From Deltaproteobacteria bacterium (GTDB lineage Bacteria; Myxococcota_A; UBA796; UBA9615), in assembly GCA_023954745.1 (NCBI GenBank), contig JAGSHC010000130.1, positions 1 to 18,267 on the forward strand: a stretch of DNA of 18,267 nucleotides, written 5' to 3'. The notes under the pieces are model-generated. The model searched no databases, was not told where the DNA came from, and was given only the letters and a program-made list of their open reading frames with translations. Shown piece by piece: positions 1 through 7,857 of the stretch. Made by a program: the position numbers and the translations under genes. The stretch's first letter is position 1; each line of letters begins with the position of its first letter.

Positions 1-34
1 CTAGTCCCCATCGCCCCGCCCCCTCGGAGCCTCA

Positions 35-976
35 ATGTCCGTGCTCGCCTCGCTGTCTGCCCTCCCCGACGACGGGATGACCGTCTCGGCCCTCCGCACC
101 TTGGACAGGGTCATCCCCGGAGAGTGGGAGAACATCACCGACTTCTCGGTGTTCGTGAAGGACTTCGCCGAGACGGAGAACCCCGAGGTCATTCGGCAGG
201 TGACCTTCCGCGCCTCCGAGCTCGAGGGGAACCCCCGCTATGCGCGGGCCCTCAAGGTATTCACCATGCTCGACACCATGGACCAGGTCGCCGCTGGAGC
301 CACCGTGGCCAGCGCCGTCGGCGGCTTGCTGGGCGGAATCAAGGGGCTCGGGTTTCTCAAGGAGGTGACACCGAAGCCCGAGACGACCCAGTGCGTCGAT
401 GCCGGGCTCAAGCTCATCGCCGAGGTCGTCGGCTTCGGCCTGCTCAACGGCATGCCCACCACCGAGAAGGGCGGGCTGACTCGCTTCGCCGGCGCTCTGG
501 AGGACTACGGCCGCTACGACCTGATGCGCATCGCCGCGTGGGTGACCATTGACGGCGTCGTCCCACTCGGGGCGGACTTCCTGCAGAAGGTGCTCGACAC
601 CTGGACGGACCCGAAGGTCACCGGAGCCCTCACCAACAACTCGGTGTTCGGCTCGCTGGCAGACCAGATCCCCGGCGGAAGCACCGACGCCAAGCGTGGA
701 TTCATCACCGACGCCATCGGCACCACCGGCGACTGGGTTGCCCGGTTCATCGACGAGAAGGGCATCACGCAGGGCGGAATGATGGACCAGCTCAACAGCG
801 TGCTCAGCATCGCGGGCGGGGCCGGCGACTACGCCGCGGCCGCGTTGGACGCCTCCACCGCCTACTACGCGCACACCGGCACTCAGACCGTCGCGCGGAC
901 TCTCGCGAGGCACGCGGTCGATGCACAGCGCCGGTCGGTCTGGCGCCGCTGGGCCCAAACCCAGACGGGCCAGTAG
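35..976 (+). CDS. hypothetical protein (no recognisable domain; Gly/Ala/Thr-rich)
   Basis: ATG at 35 preceded by GGAG (26-29). The ORF is bounded upstream by TAG at 2-4. Codon-3 GC is very high across the whole ORF. It is convergent with the kinase gene, with a 16-bp spacer. I recognise no catalytic motifs. Confidence 0.55.
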   Translation: MSVLASLSALPDDGMTVSALRTLDRVIPGEWENITDFSVFVKDFAETENPEVIRQVTFRASELEGNPRYARALKVFTMLDTMDQVAAGATVASAVGGLLGGIKGLGFLKEVTPKPETTQCVDAGLKLIAEVVGFGLLNGMPTTEKGGLTRFAGALEDYGRYDLMRIAAWVTIDGVVPLGADFLQKVLDTWTDPKVTGALTNNSVFGSLADQIPGGSTDAKRGFITDAIGTTGDWVARFIDEKGITQGGMMDQLNSVLSIAGGAGDYAAAALDASTAYYAHTGTQTVARTLARHAVDAQRRSVWRRWAQTQTGQ

Positions 977-992
977 CGGGCGTCGAAGCCGT

Positions 993-2126
993 CTAGTCGG
1001 ACTCGAGAGTGCTGCCGTCGGTCGTCAGCCGGATGGTTCCGGGCCCGGCGGGAGGACTGAACGGGTCGGCCGTCTTCGTCAGGTCGTTGGCGTGGGGGAC
1101 CGGGGCATATTTGCCGGCTTCGTCGCTCATGGCGTTGAGAACGTCGGGTGAGCTCTTCTTGCCGTCCATGACGCCCACGCGCCCCAGCAGGCGGCTGTAC
1201 TGCACGAGATCGCCGCCTCTGGGCGTGATCCGGCGCAGACCGCGCAGCTTGTGCCCCGCCTCGCGCGCGGTCTGGATGCGCAGCGAGGGGTCTCGCACCA
1301 GCAACTCGCGGCACAGCGGAGCCATCTCCGGGAATCGCGCCTCCACCTGACTGATCTCGAGGTCGAGGCTCCGGCTCCGCACCGTCTCGGCCATGTCGAG
1401 CAGGTCGGCGGTGGGGTCCACGAAGCGCTTCTCGGTGCAGAACTCGAAGAGCACCACCCCGAGGGCCCAGAGGTCAGAGACCGGCGCATCCTCCCGGCGG
1501 CCATCGAGGGCCTCGGGCGACATGTAGGCCGGGGTGCCGCGCTGCACGCCCGTATGGGTCGTGCTCAGGTCACTCAGGAGCTTGGCCATGCCGAAGTCGG
1601 CCACCTTCACAGTGCCGTCGGTGCTCAGCATGACGTTGGACGGCTTGAGGTCCCGGTGCACGATGCGCAGCTGGTTTCCGTCCGGCCGCATGCCGCTCCA
1701 GGCGTGGTCCAGGGCGTCGCAGATTCCGATGCCGAGCTCCACGAGCGCCGACCGCGGAATGCTCATGCCGTTCCGCACCAGCCCCTTGCCGAGCTGCGAG
1801 AGGTTGAGCCCCTCGACGTACTCCATGACCAGGAACGGGACGTCGTTGCGCATCTCCACCGAGTGGATGGCGACGACGTTGACGTGGCGGAGCAGGCTGG
1901 CGACCCGAGCCTCCCGCACCAGCGCCTTGAAGCCGTGGCGGGACATGGGGTCGAGCAGGAACTTGAGGGCGACGGGGCGCTCGAACCCGAGGCCGCTCTT
2001 CTCGCTCGCCAGCCAGACCTGCCCAAAGGCGCCCTGCCCAAGCCTCCGCTTCAGCGTGAAACGCTCGAGCTTCAGCCCAGCGAAGAGCTGAGTCGGGGAA
2101 TGCCTGTTCTGGGCAGAAGACGTCAC
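993..2126 (-). CDS. Serine/threonine protein kinase (Hanks-type, apparently active)
   Basis: Gly-rich loop 'LGQGAFGQV', VAIK-type Lys in 'VALKFL', catalytic loop 'HRDLKPSNVML', 'DFG' in 'VADFGMAKL', and 'GTPAYMSPE' (APE). The kinase domain is at the N-terminus, followed by a ~90 aa low-complexity tail. The apparent start is GTG at 2126, with no in-frame ATG before the Gly loop. Confidence 0.85.
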   Translation of the reverse strand: MTSSAQNRHSPTQLFAGLKLERFTLKRRLGQGAFGQVWLASEKSGLGFERPVALKFLLDPMSRHGFKALVREARVASLLRHVNVVAIHSVEMRNDVPFLVMEYVEGLNLSQLGKGLVRNGMSIPRSALVELGIGICDALDHAWSGMRPDGNQLRIVHRDLKPSNVMLSTDGTVKVADFGMAKLLSDLSTTHTGVQRGTPAYMSPEALDGRREDAPVSDLWALGVVLFEFCTEKRFVDPTADLLDMAETVRSRSLDLEISQVEARFPEMAPLCRELLVRDPSLRIQTAREAGHKLRGLRRITPRGGDLVQYSRLLGRVGVMDGKKSSPDVLNAMSDEAGKYAPVPHANDLTKTADPFSPPAGPGTIRLTTDGSTLESD

Positions 2127-2226
2127 TGGCTACTTATAGGCTGCCATCGGATGAGACAGACGGGAGTTAGGTTTTGCTCAGGATTAGACGAAAGTCTGAC
2201 TCTACACGCCCCATCCTCTCGGGCGA
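2127..2226 (-). promoter_or_regulatory. Intergenic spacer with markedly lower GC (~50%) between the giant ATPase gene stop and the kinase start; candidate kinase promoter or leader
   Basis: GC drops sharply relative to both flanks. The minus strand reads '...CAGCCTATAAGTAGCCA-GTG', with a TATAAG hexamer 7-12 nt upstream of the GTG start. I found no convincing rho-independent terminator. Confidence 0.3.
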
Positions 2227-5200
2227 CTACTCCTGGGCGAGGTCGGTCACCGCCTCTGCGACATGTCGCCGCAGCTGATCCATGAGCGACGCCCACTCCT
2301 CCTGCGACAGCGAGACGGTGCCCAACAGCTGCCCGATCTTCACGAACAGGTCCTGGATGACCGGAAGCGATCCCGCGAGCACCGCGCTGCGTGGCGAGCG
2401 CATCGTCATGTCGTCCGGGTCGATCTCCCGAAGATTCCCCGCCAACGCGTTCTGAGCCTGCAGCAACACCTCCCGCTGCACTTCAGCGACGTCCTCGTTG
2501 CTGCGGATGGCGTCCGGGGACGCCGCGAGGAACTCGAGCACGTTGAGATCCGCCAGACCGCGGGCCGTGCCCTGCACTCCCTTGCGGATGCCCTGAAGCT
2601 CCGACGCCAGCTCCCCGACGATGACGTCGAGCTTCATCGCCAGGTCGCCCTGACCGGCGACCGTGGGGGCCTTCGCTGCGGCGGCAGCTGACGCCGACGC
2701 CGCCGCTTCGGTCGCCGCGACGAGCGCCTCCTGCATCTCGCTGCTCTTCACCGCCGCCTTCGCCGTGTGCCCGATGGCGTTTGCGCCGCGCTGCACCTGC
2801 TCGGTGAGGGTGCCGAGGCGGACCCCAATCTCCTCGAGGCTCTCCTCCAGATCCCCGGTGGAGCCCGCGACCAGCGTCTCGCGAATGGCTTCGAGCTGCC
2901 GGTCCAGCCCGCTGAGGGCCCCGGTGACCCGCGCCACCGGGTCGTCTTCCCCGCCACCGGTCAGCATCGATCGGCGGAACTCCTTGCGGATGTCCTCCCA
3001 CCGCGCCCGCTGCTCGTCCGTCAGCGTGCCGAGCATCTCCCACAGCTTGAGGAGGTTGGCCTCAGCCCCCGTGGTCAGAGTCTGGGCTTCACCGATGTAG
3101 TGGTCGCGCAGGAGTGCGTCGAGCTCCGCGTCGTTCATGGCCGGCACGATCTTCTCGGACAGCTTGTTCATGTTCCGGTAGCTGCCCTGAAGCTTGAACG
3201 GCGGCTCCGTGCGGAACGCGTCCTCTTGCGCGGCGCTGGAGATGTACTGCTGGTTCACCGCGAGGACCACCTCCTGCACGCGGGCGAGCTTGCGCAGCAC
3301 GCCGGTCACCTCGTTGAGCTCGACGGTGGAGTACTCGTGGGACAGGTCCGAGGTCGGCACCTCCTCCCCCCGAGCGAGGTTGACGAGCTTGTACACGTCG
3401 CTCTGCTCGCGGGTGGCCAGCGGCTGGAGCACGGGGTTTGAGGTGAGGCTGTTCTCCACATAGGAGAGGGCGAAGGCCTCCTCTCGACCGTCGAGGATGT
3501 CGCCGAGGTTGTAGGTGTCCGCGCGGTTGGCGAGCATGTCGGGGATCTGGAAGCGGTCCCCGGACTCCGTGTAGGGATTCCCCGCCATCACCACCGCGAA
3601 CTTCTTGCCCCGCAGGTCGTAGGTGCGGGTGCGCCCCTTCCACACGCCCTCGATGCGCCGGGTGCCATCGCACAGGCTGATGAACTTCTGGAGCAGCTCG
3701 GGGTGGGTGTGCTGGATGTCATCCAGGTAGAGCATCACGTTGTTCGCCATCTCGAAGGCGAGGTTGATCTTCTCCACCTCCTGCCGCGCCGTGGCGTTGG
3801 GGGCCTCGGCGGGGTCGAGGGACGTGACGTCGTGCCCGAGGGCAGGGCCGTTCACCTTCATGAAGACGAGGCCCAGCCGCGAGGCGATGTACTCCATCAG
3901 GGTGGTCTTGCCGTACCCGGGTGGGGACACGAGCAGGAGCAGCCCCATCTGGTCCGTGCGCCGCGAGTCGCCGGCGGAGCCCATCTGCTTGGCGAGGTTG
4001 TCGCCGACGATGGGCAGATACACGTCGTTGATGAGCTTGTTGCGCACGAAGGCCGACATCACACGGGGGGTGTACTCGTCGAGGCGCAGCCTCCGTCGTT
4101 CCCGCTCCAACACCGCGTGCCGGGTCGTCCGCCATGCCGCAAAGGCCGGCACCGTCTCGCCGATCCAGCCCGAGAGCCGTCCCAGGTACTCGTCGAGCCT
4201 CAGCTCCAGGACCCCGTCCCGAATGCGCCGATGCTGCGAGAGCAGACCCGTCGCCGTCACCGACGTCAGCGCCGCCGAGCCCTCGTGCTCGAGGATGCTC
4301 TCGGTGAGGAGCCGGGCCGCCGTCTCCAGCGCGAGCCCCTCCCCTTCTGCGCCGCTTCGCGTCTGCGCGTCCTCGGCCGTGCGACCAAACACCGCGGCCG
4401 TCCAGGCGCGCACCAGCGCGAGGCGCTCCTCGAAGAGCCCGTCCAGAGCCGCGAGGTCATCCTCGAGGATGCGCCGTCCGCCGTGGTCCTCCAGGTGCCG
4501 CACGAGCGCGTCGTGCAACGTCTGGGCTTCGGACGACACACAGAAGCGGGGATGCTCGGCTTGCAGCTCTTCGACGAGATAGCTGCCCGCCATCGCCGCC
4601 TCTGACGCCGCCAGCGTCAACGAGGGCGCAGCCTCCGCCAACATCGTCCCGAGGGCGCCGGCCAGCTCGTGGGCGAGATCCGCGAGGCCGCCCGTGGCGC
4701 CCAGGGTCTCTCGCAAGCGTCCAAAGCTGCGCGCGCGGCGGTGCCAGCGCTCCTTCGCGTCCGAGTCGCTGGACCAGGCCCAGAACAGCATCGCCGCAGC
4801 CCGCGGCCGGGGCGGGAAGCGCAACAGACCCGCGGTCCCCCGCAGATGAAGCAGCTCCCTCAGCAGGGTGGCCGCGTCCGCGTCGTGCACTCCGCGCTCG
4901 TATCCTTCGTCGTAGCGCTCGGCGGCGTACTCCCGCACGAGCGTCATCAGCTCCTGCTCCTCGAGCACGGCGTCTTCGAGGTCGGACACGGTGAGGCCGC
5001 TCTGACCCGCCTCTGCGGCGAAGAGGATGGACGCCGCCAGGAACTCCGCGCGACTGACGTCTGCTCCCTCGCTGGGCAGCGCCTGCTCCCAGAACGGCTG
5101 AGCCGCGGCCACCTTGGGATCCTCGATGACCTCGTAGAAGTCGGTGCCCGTCAGGTGCAACGCCATGGCGCCATCCCGCGGCACCATCGTGAGCTCGAGG

Positions 5201-7857
5201 GGGCGCGTGTTCACCGGGAACCGGTGCTTGCCGAACTTGATGAGGTTGGCGCCGTCCCCGTCGAAGAGCTCGAGGCGGTCACGCAGCCCGCGTAGGGCGT
5301 CCTGCCGCGCGGCCTGCAGGCGGGCCAGCAGCTCCTCGCCCTTCACGGCGTCGCCCAGAGAGGTCAGCTTGTCCCCGAGGTCCCGCAGCTTGAGCACCAT
5401 GGAGTCGCTGGCGAACCAGGCGTTCAGCTCGTCCTGGTCCTTGAACGTGCGCGCCCTGCGGGCCACGCCGCTGAGGATGCGCTCCGCCGCCTTCACCAGG
5501 CTGCCGATCCGCTTCTGCCGCTCGTCCACCAGCACCTGCTTGCGCGCGCCGAGGGCGAGCTCGATCTCCTCTCGCTTGCTCGCGAGCTGAGGCAGGAACT
5601 CGTCGAACTCGCCAAACCTCGCCTCGAGCTCCTCGAGCTGGAGCATCAGGCGGGAGAGCTGGTCGTCGCAGGCCTCGGGAGAGTCCGCGAGCGCCACCGC
5701 CGACGACACGGACTGGCCCAGAAGGCTCCACTGCGCTGCGAAGTCCGCCCGCGCCTCGTGCCCCGCGATCTCCTTGCGCTTGTTGGTGAGCACCGCGCGC
5801 ACCCGGTTCACCTGGCCGAACACCTCGCCGAGCCGCTCGAGGATGGCGGCGCGCGCGGTGGCGTCGTCGATCTCCAGACCGGAGACCACCTCGGTCATGA
5901 GCTCGAGGCCCGAAATGAGCTCCCCCTGCTTCTCGACGAGGGGCTTCATGTCCACGAGGCGCTCGACGGCTTCGATCTGGCCGTGCAGCTCCTCGATGCG
6001 CTTCGTGAGGGGAGTCAGGGCGTCGTCGCCGAGGAGAAACTCCACGGTGGCGCGAGAGATGCGCTCGAACTCGCCGGCGACCTCCTCTTCCATCCCGTCG
6101 ATGGCGGCGCGGTCGATGTACCGCACGTCCCGCATCGTGATGAGGTGCCCGCGCTGGGTCCTCAGGCCCGTGAGGGCCGCCATGAACTGCTCCGCCTCCA
6201 CCCAGGAGTCGGGGTGCAGGTCGTCCTTGAGGGTGCGCTGCTGCTCGCGCGCCTCGGTGAGGGCCGATTGCGCCTCGCGCTGGAGGATCTGCACCTTCTC
6301 GAACTCGTCGATGATGAGCTCGGCGACGTCGCGCACCTTCGCCAGGGGCGAGGCGAGGGCGATCTCGTCTTCGGAGAACCAGAAGTACGTGTCCAGCGCG
6401 CGCTGGCAGGCCGTCACCAGGGCCTCGTAGACCCCGCGACTCGGCTCCTGCTCCACCACCATGCGGCCCACGGTGAGGCAGTCCGACAGTCCGCGGACCA
6501 GCTCCTTGTTGCCGATGCGGGCCAACGCGCTGCCGTCGGTGGGGACCTGCGCGGCGTGCTCGGCGGAGACGAAGGGCGTGTCCCACACCTGCATGGGGTG
6601 GACGCGTGAGGGCTCGTCGGACGCGGCCCGGAACACCACCAGGCGGCCGTCGTCGAAGAGCGACCAGCCGTGGCAGCGAATGGGATTGCGCACCTCGCGC
6701 CGGATGAGGTTGTAGGGGAAGAGCACGTAGAGCCCGTCCCGGCGGCGGTTGAAGACGAACAGCACGTCCTCGCCGTTGGGCGACGCCACCTTGCGCAGGA
6801 AGCGCAGGTCCTCGTCGACGTCCGGGAAGACCTTGTACTCCCCCGTCTGGAGCACGTAGCCGCCGGGGAAGATGACGCCGTGGTCTTCGGGCAGCGCCAC
6901 GCAGCTGTCGCCGACGCTGTCGATGCGCAGGACGTGCTGGGTGCGGCGGTTGAAGACGAGGTGGCGGTAGCGGTCCTCCATGTAGGGGCGGATGCGCAGC
7001 AGCACCAGCGAGCCACGAATCGTGTAGAGGATGTGGGCGTCGTCGAGCGACTGGTTGGGGTCGTCCACGTCCTCGCGGTACACGCCGAGGCCGTCTTCGG
7101 TGTTGTCCTCGACCTTGATGGTGAGGTCCCCGCCGACCGTCTCCACGAACACGACGTCCTCCACGCTCACGTGGGGATGGCGCCCCAGGATGTGGTCGTC
7201 GCGCGAGGTCTCAGTCCACTCGAAGTCGTGGGTCGGCGGAGGCACGAAGGCCCGCTCGCCGCGGTCGTCGATGTACTCGATGTGCTCCGACGCATCGAGG
7301 CCCCACTGGAAGACCTTGACCGAGTCCTCGGACTCGCCGGTCTGGAAGACGGCCAGCAGCTTGCGGCCGTCGCTCCGAAGCGCCACCAGGCGCGTGTCGG
7401 AGTAGTACTGGTAGAGCTGGGTGAAGGCGCGCTGGAACTCCGCCCCGTGCAGGAAGGCCGCCTCCTCCGGGGACGCCGGGGTGAACTCCAGGAGCCCGTC
7501 CTCGCGTACCGAGAAGTGCTGGACGGAGAACACGTCGTCGATGGTGGTCGTCTTGCGGAGCCCGACGAACACGTTGTACCCGAAGAGCAAGAGCCCGCCG
7601 ACCTGCACGATGTCCACGGGAACGCAGTTGTTCTCCGTGCGCACGCGCTCGGTGCCGAGCACTCCAGCCTCAGTGCCTCCGAAGAGGGCCTGACGCTGCT
7701 CGTTGAGTGCCCGGGCGGCGTCCGCGAGCCCCCGCCCCTGGCCCGAGAGCCGCTGGCGGATGACTTCGTAGCTGCCTCCCGGTCCACCCTCAGCGGGAGA
7801 GCCCCCGGCGCTCTCTGTCCCGCCGGGGGTCTCCGTGGTGGCCGAAGCCTCAGGCAT
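2227..7857 (-). CDS. Giant (1876 aa) AAA_5/MoxR-like P-loop ATPase-containing protein; disordered N-terminus, probable beta-rich N-terminal region, long alpha-helical/coiled-coil regions, ATPase module near residues ~1310-1470
   Basis: Walker A 'VSPPGYGKTTLMEY' lies at ~3901-3940 on the minus strand. Walker B 'VMLYLDDIQH' lies at ~3711-3740. A sensor-like segment 'KFAVVMAGNPYTESGDRFQIPDMLANRA' is typical of AAA_5 (MoxR/McrB/dynein-related) ATPases. The ORF is one continuous 5.6-kb reading frame with high codon-3 GC. Its ATG at 7857 overlaps the flotillin stop as ATGCCTGA. Confidence 0.8.
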   Translation of the reverse strand: MPEASATTETPGGTESAGGSPAEGGPGGSYEVIRQRLSGQGRGLADAARALNEQRQALFGGTEAGVLGTERVRTENNCVPVDIVQVGGLLLFGYNVFVGLRKTTTIDDVFSVQHFSVREDGLLEFTPASPEEAAFLHGAEFQRAFTQLYQYYSDTRLVALRSDGRKLLAVFQTGESEDSVKVFQWGLDASEHIEYIDDRGERAFVPPPTHDFEWTETSRDDHILGRHPHVSVEDVVFVETVGGDLTIKVEDNTEDGLGVYREDVDDPNQSLDDAHILYTIRGSLVLLRIRPYMEDRYRHLVFNRRTQHVLRIDSVGDSCVALPEDHGVIFPGGYVLQTGEYKVFPDVDEDLRFLRKVASPNGEDVLFVFNRRRDGLYVLFPYNLIRREVRNPIRCHGWSLFDDGRLVVFRAASDEPSRVHPMQVWDTPFVSAEHAAQVPTDGSALARIGNKELVRGLSDCLTVGRMVVEQEPSRGVYEALVTACQRALDTYFWFSEDEIALASPLAKVRDVAELIIDEFEKVQILQREAQSALTEAREQQRTLKDDLHPDSWVEAEQFMAALTGLRTQRGHLITMRDVRYIDRAAIDGMEEEVAGEFERISRATVEFLLGDDALTPLTKRIEELHGQIEAVERLVDMKPLVEKQGELISGLELMTEVVSGLEIDDATARAAILERLGEVFGQVNRVRAVLTNKRKEIAGHEARADFAAQWSLLGQSVSSAVALADSPEACDDQLSRLMLQLEELEARFGEFDEFLPQLASKREEIELALGARKQVLVDERQKRIGSLVKAAERILSGVARRARTFKDQDELNAWFASDSMVLKLRDLGDKLTSLGDAVKGEELLARLQAARQDALRGLRDRLELFDGDGANLIKFGKHRFPVNTRPLELTMVPRDGAMALHLTGTDFYEVIEDPKVAAAQPFWEQALPSEGADVSRAEFLAASILFAAEAGQSGLTVSDLEDAVLEEQELMTLVREYAAERYDEGYERGVHDADAATLLRELLHLRGTAGLLRFPPRPRAAAMLFWAWSSDSDAKERWHRRARSFGRLRETLGATGGLADLAHELAGALGTMLAEAAPSLTLAASEAAMAGSYLVEELQAEHPRFCVSSEAQTLHDALVRHLEDHGGRRILEDDLAALDGLFEERLALVRAWTAAVFGRTAEDAQTRSGAEGEGLALETAARLLTESILEHEGSAALTSVTATGLLSQHRRIRDGVLELRLDEYLGRLSGWIGETVPAFAAWRTTRHAVLERERRRLRLDEYTPRVMSAFVRNKLINDVYLPIVGDNLAKQMGSAGDSRRTDQMGLLLLVSPPGYGKTTLMEYIASRLGLVFMKVNGPALGHDVTSLDPAEAPNATARQEVEKINLAFEMANNVMLYLDDIQHTHPELLQKFISLCDGTRRIEGVWKGRTRTYDLRGKKFAVVMAGNPYTESGDRFQIPDMLANRADTYNLGDILDGREEAFALSYVENSLTSNPVLQPLATREQSDVYKLVNLARGEEVPTSDLSHEYSTVELNEVTGVLRKLARVQEVVLAVNQQYISSAAQEDAFRTEPPFKLQGSYRNMNKLSEKIVPAMNDAELDALLRDHYIGEAQTLTTGAEANLLKLWEMLGTLTDEQRARWEDIRKEFRRSMLTGGGEDDPVARVTGALSGLDRQLEAIRETLVAGSTGDLEESLEEIGVRLGTLTEQVQRGANAIGHTAKAAVKSSEMQEALVAATEAAASASAAAAAKAPTVAGQGDLAMKLDVIVGELASELQGIRKGVQGTARGLADLNVLEFLAASPDAIRSNEDVAEVQREVLLQAQNALAGNLREIDPDDMTMRSPRSAVLAGSLPVIQDLFVKIGQLLGTVSLSQEEWASLMDQLRRHVAEAVTDLAQE

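Noticed and set aside
32-958. 308-aa minus-strand ORF antisense to the first hypothetical gene
   Set aside because: It is Gly/Arg/Val-rich low complexity, and codon-3 GC favours the + strand frame. It is a GC-rich frame artefact.
5279-6586. 435-aa minus-strand ORF in an alternate frame inside the giant ATPase gene, plus many similar ORFs at 2483..3043, 3089..3673, 6414..7016 and 7167..7787
   Set aside because: They have Arg/Gly/Pro/Ala-rich compositions with no motifs. These are typical open alternate frames in 70% GC DNA. The giant gene's frame carries the codon-3 GC signal and the ATPase motifs.
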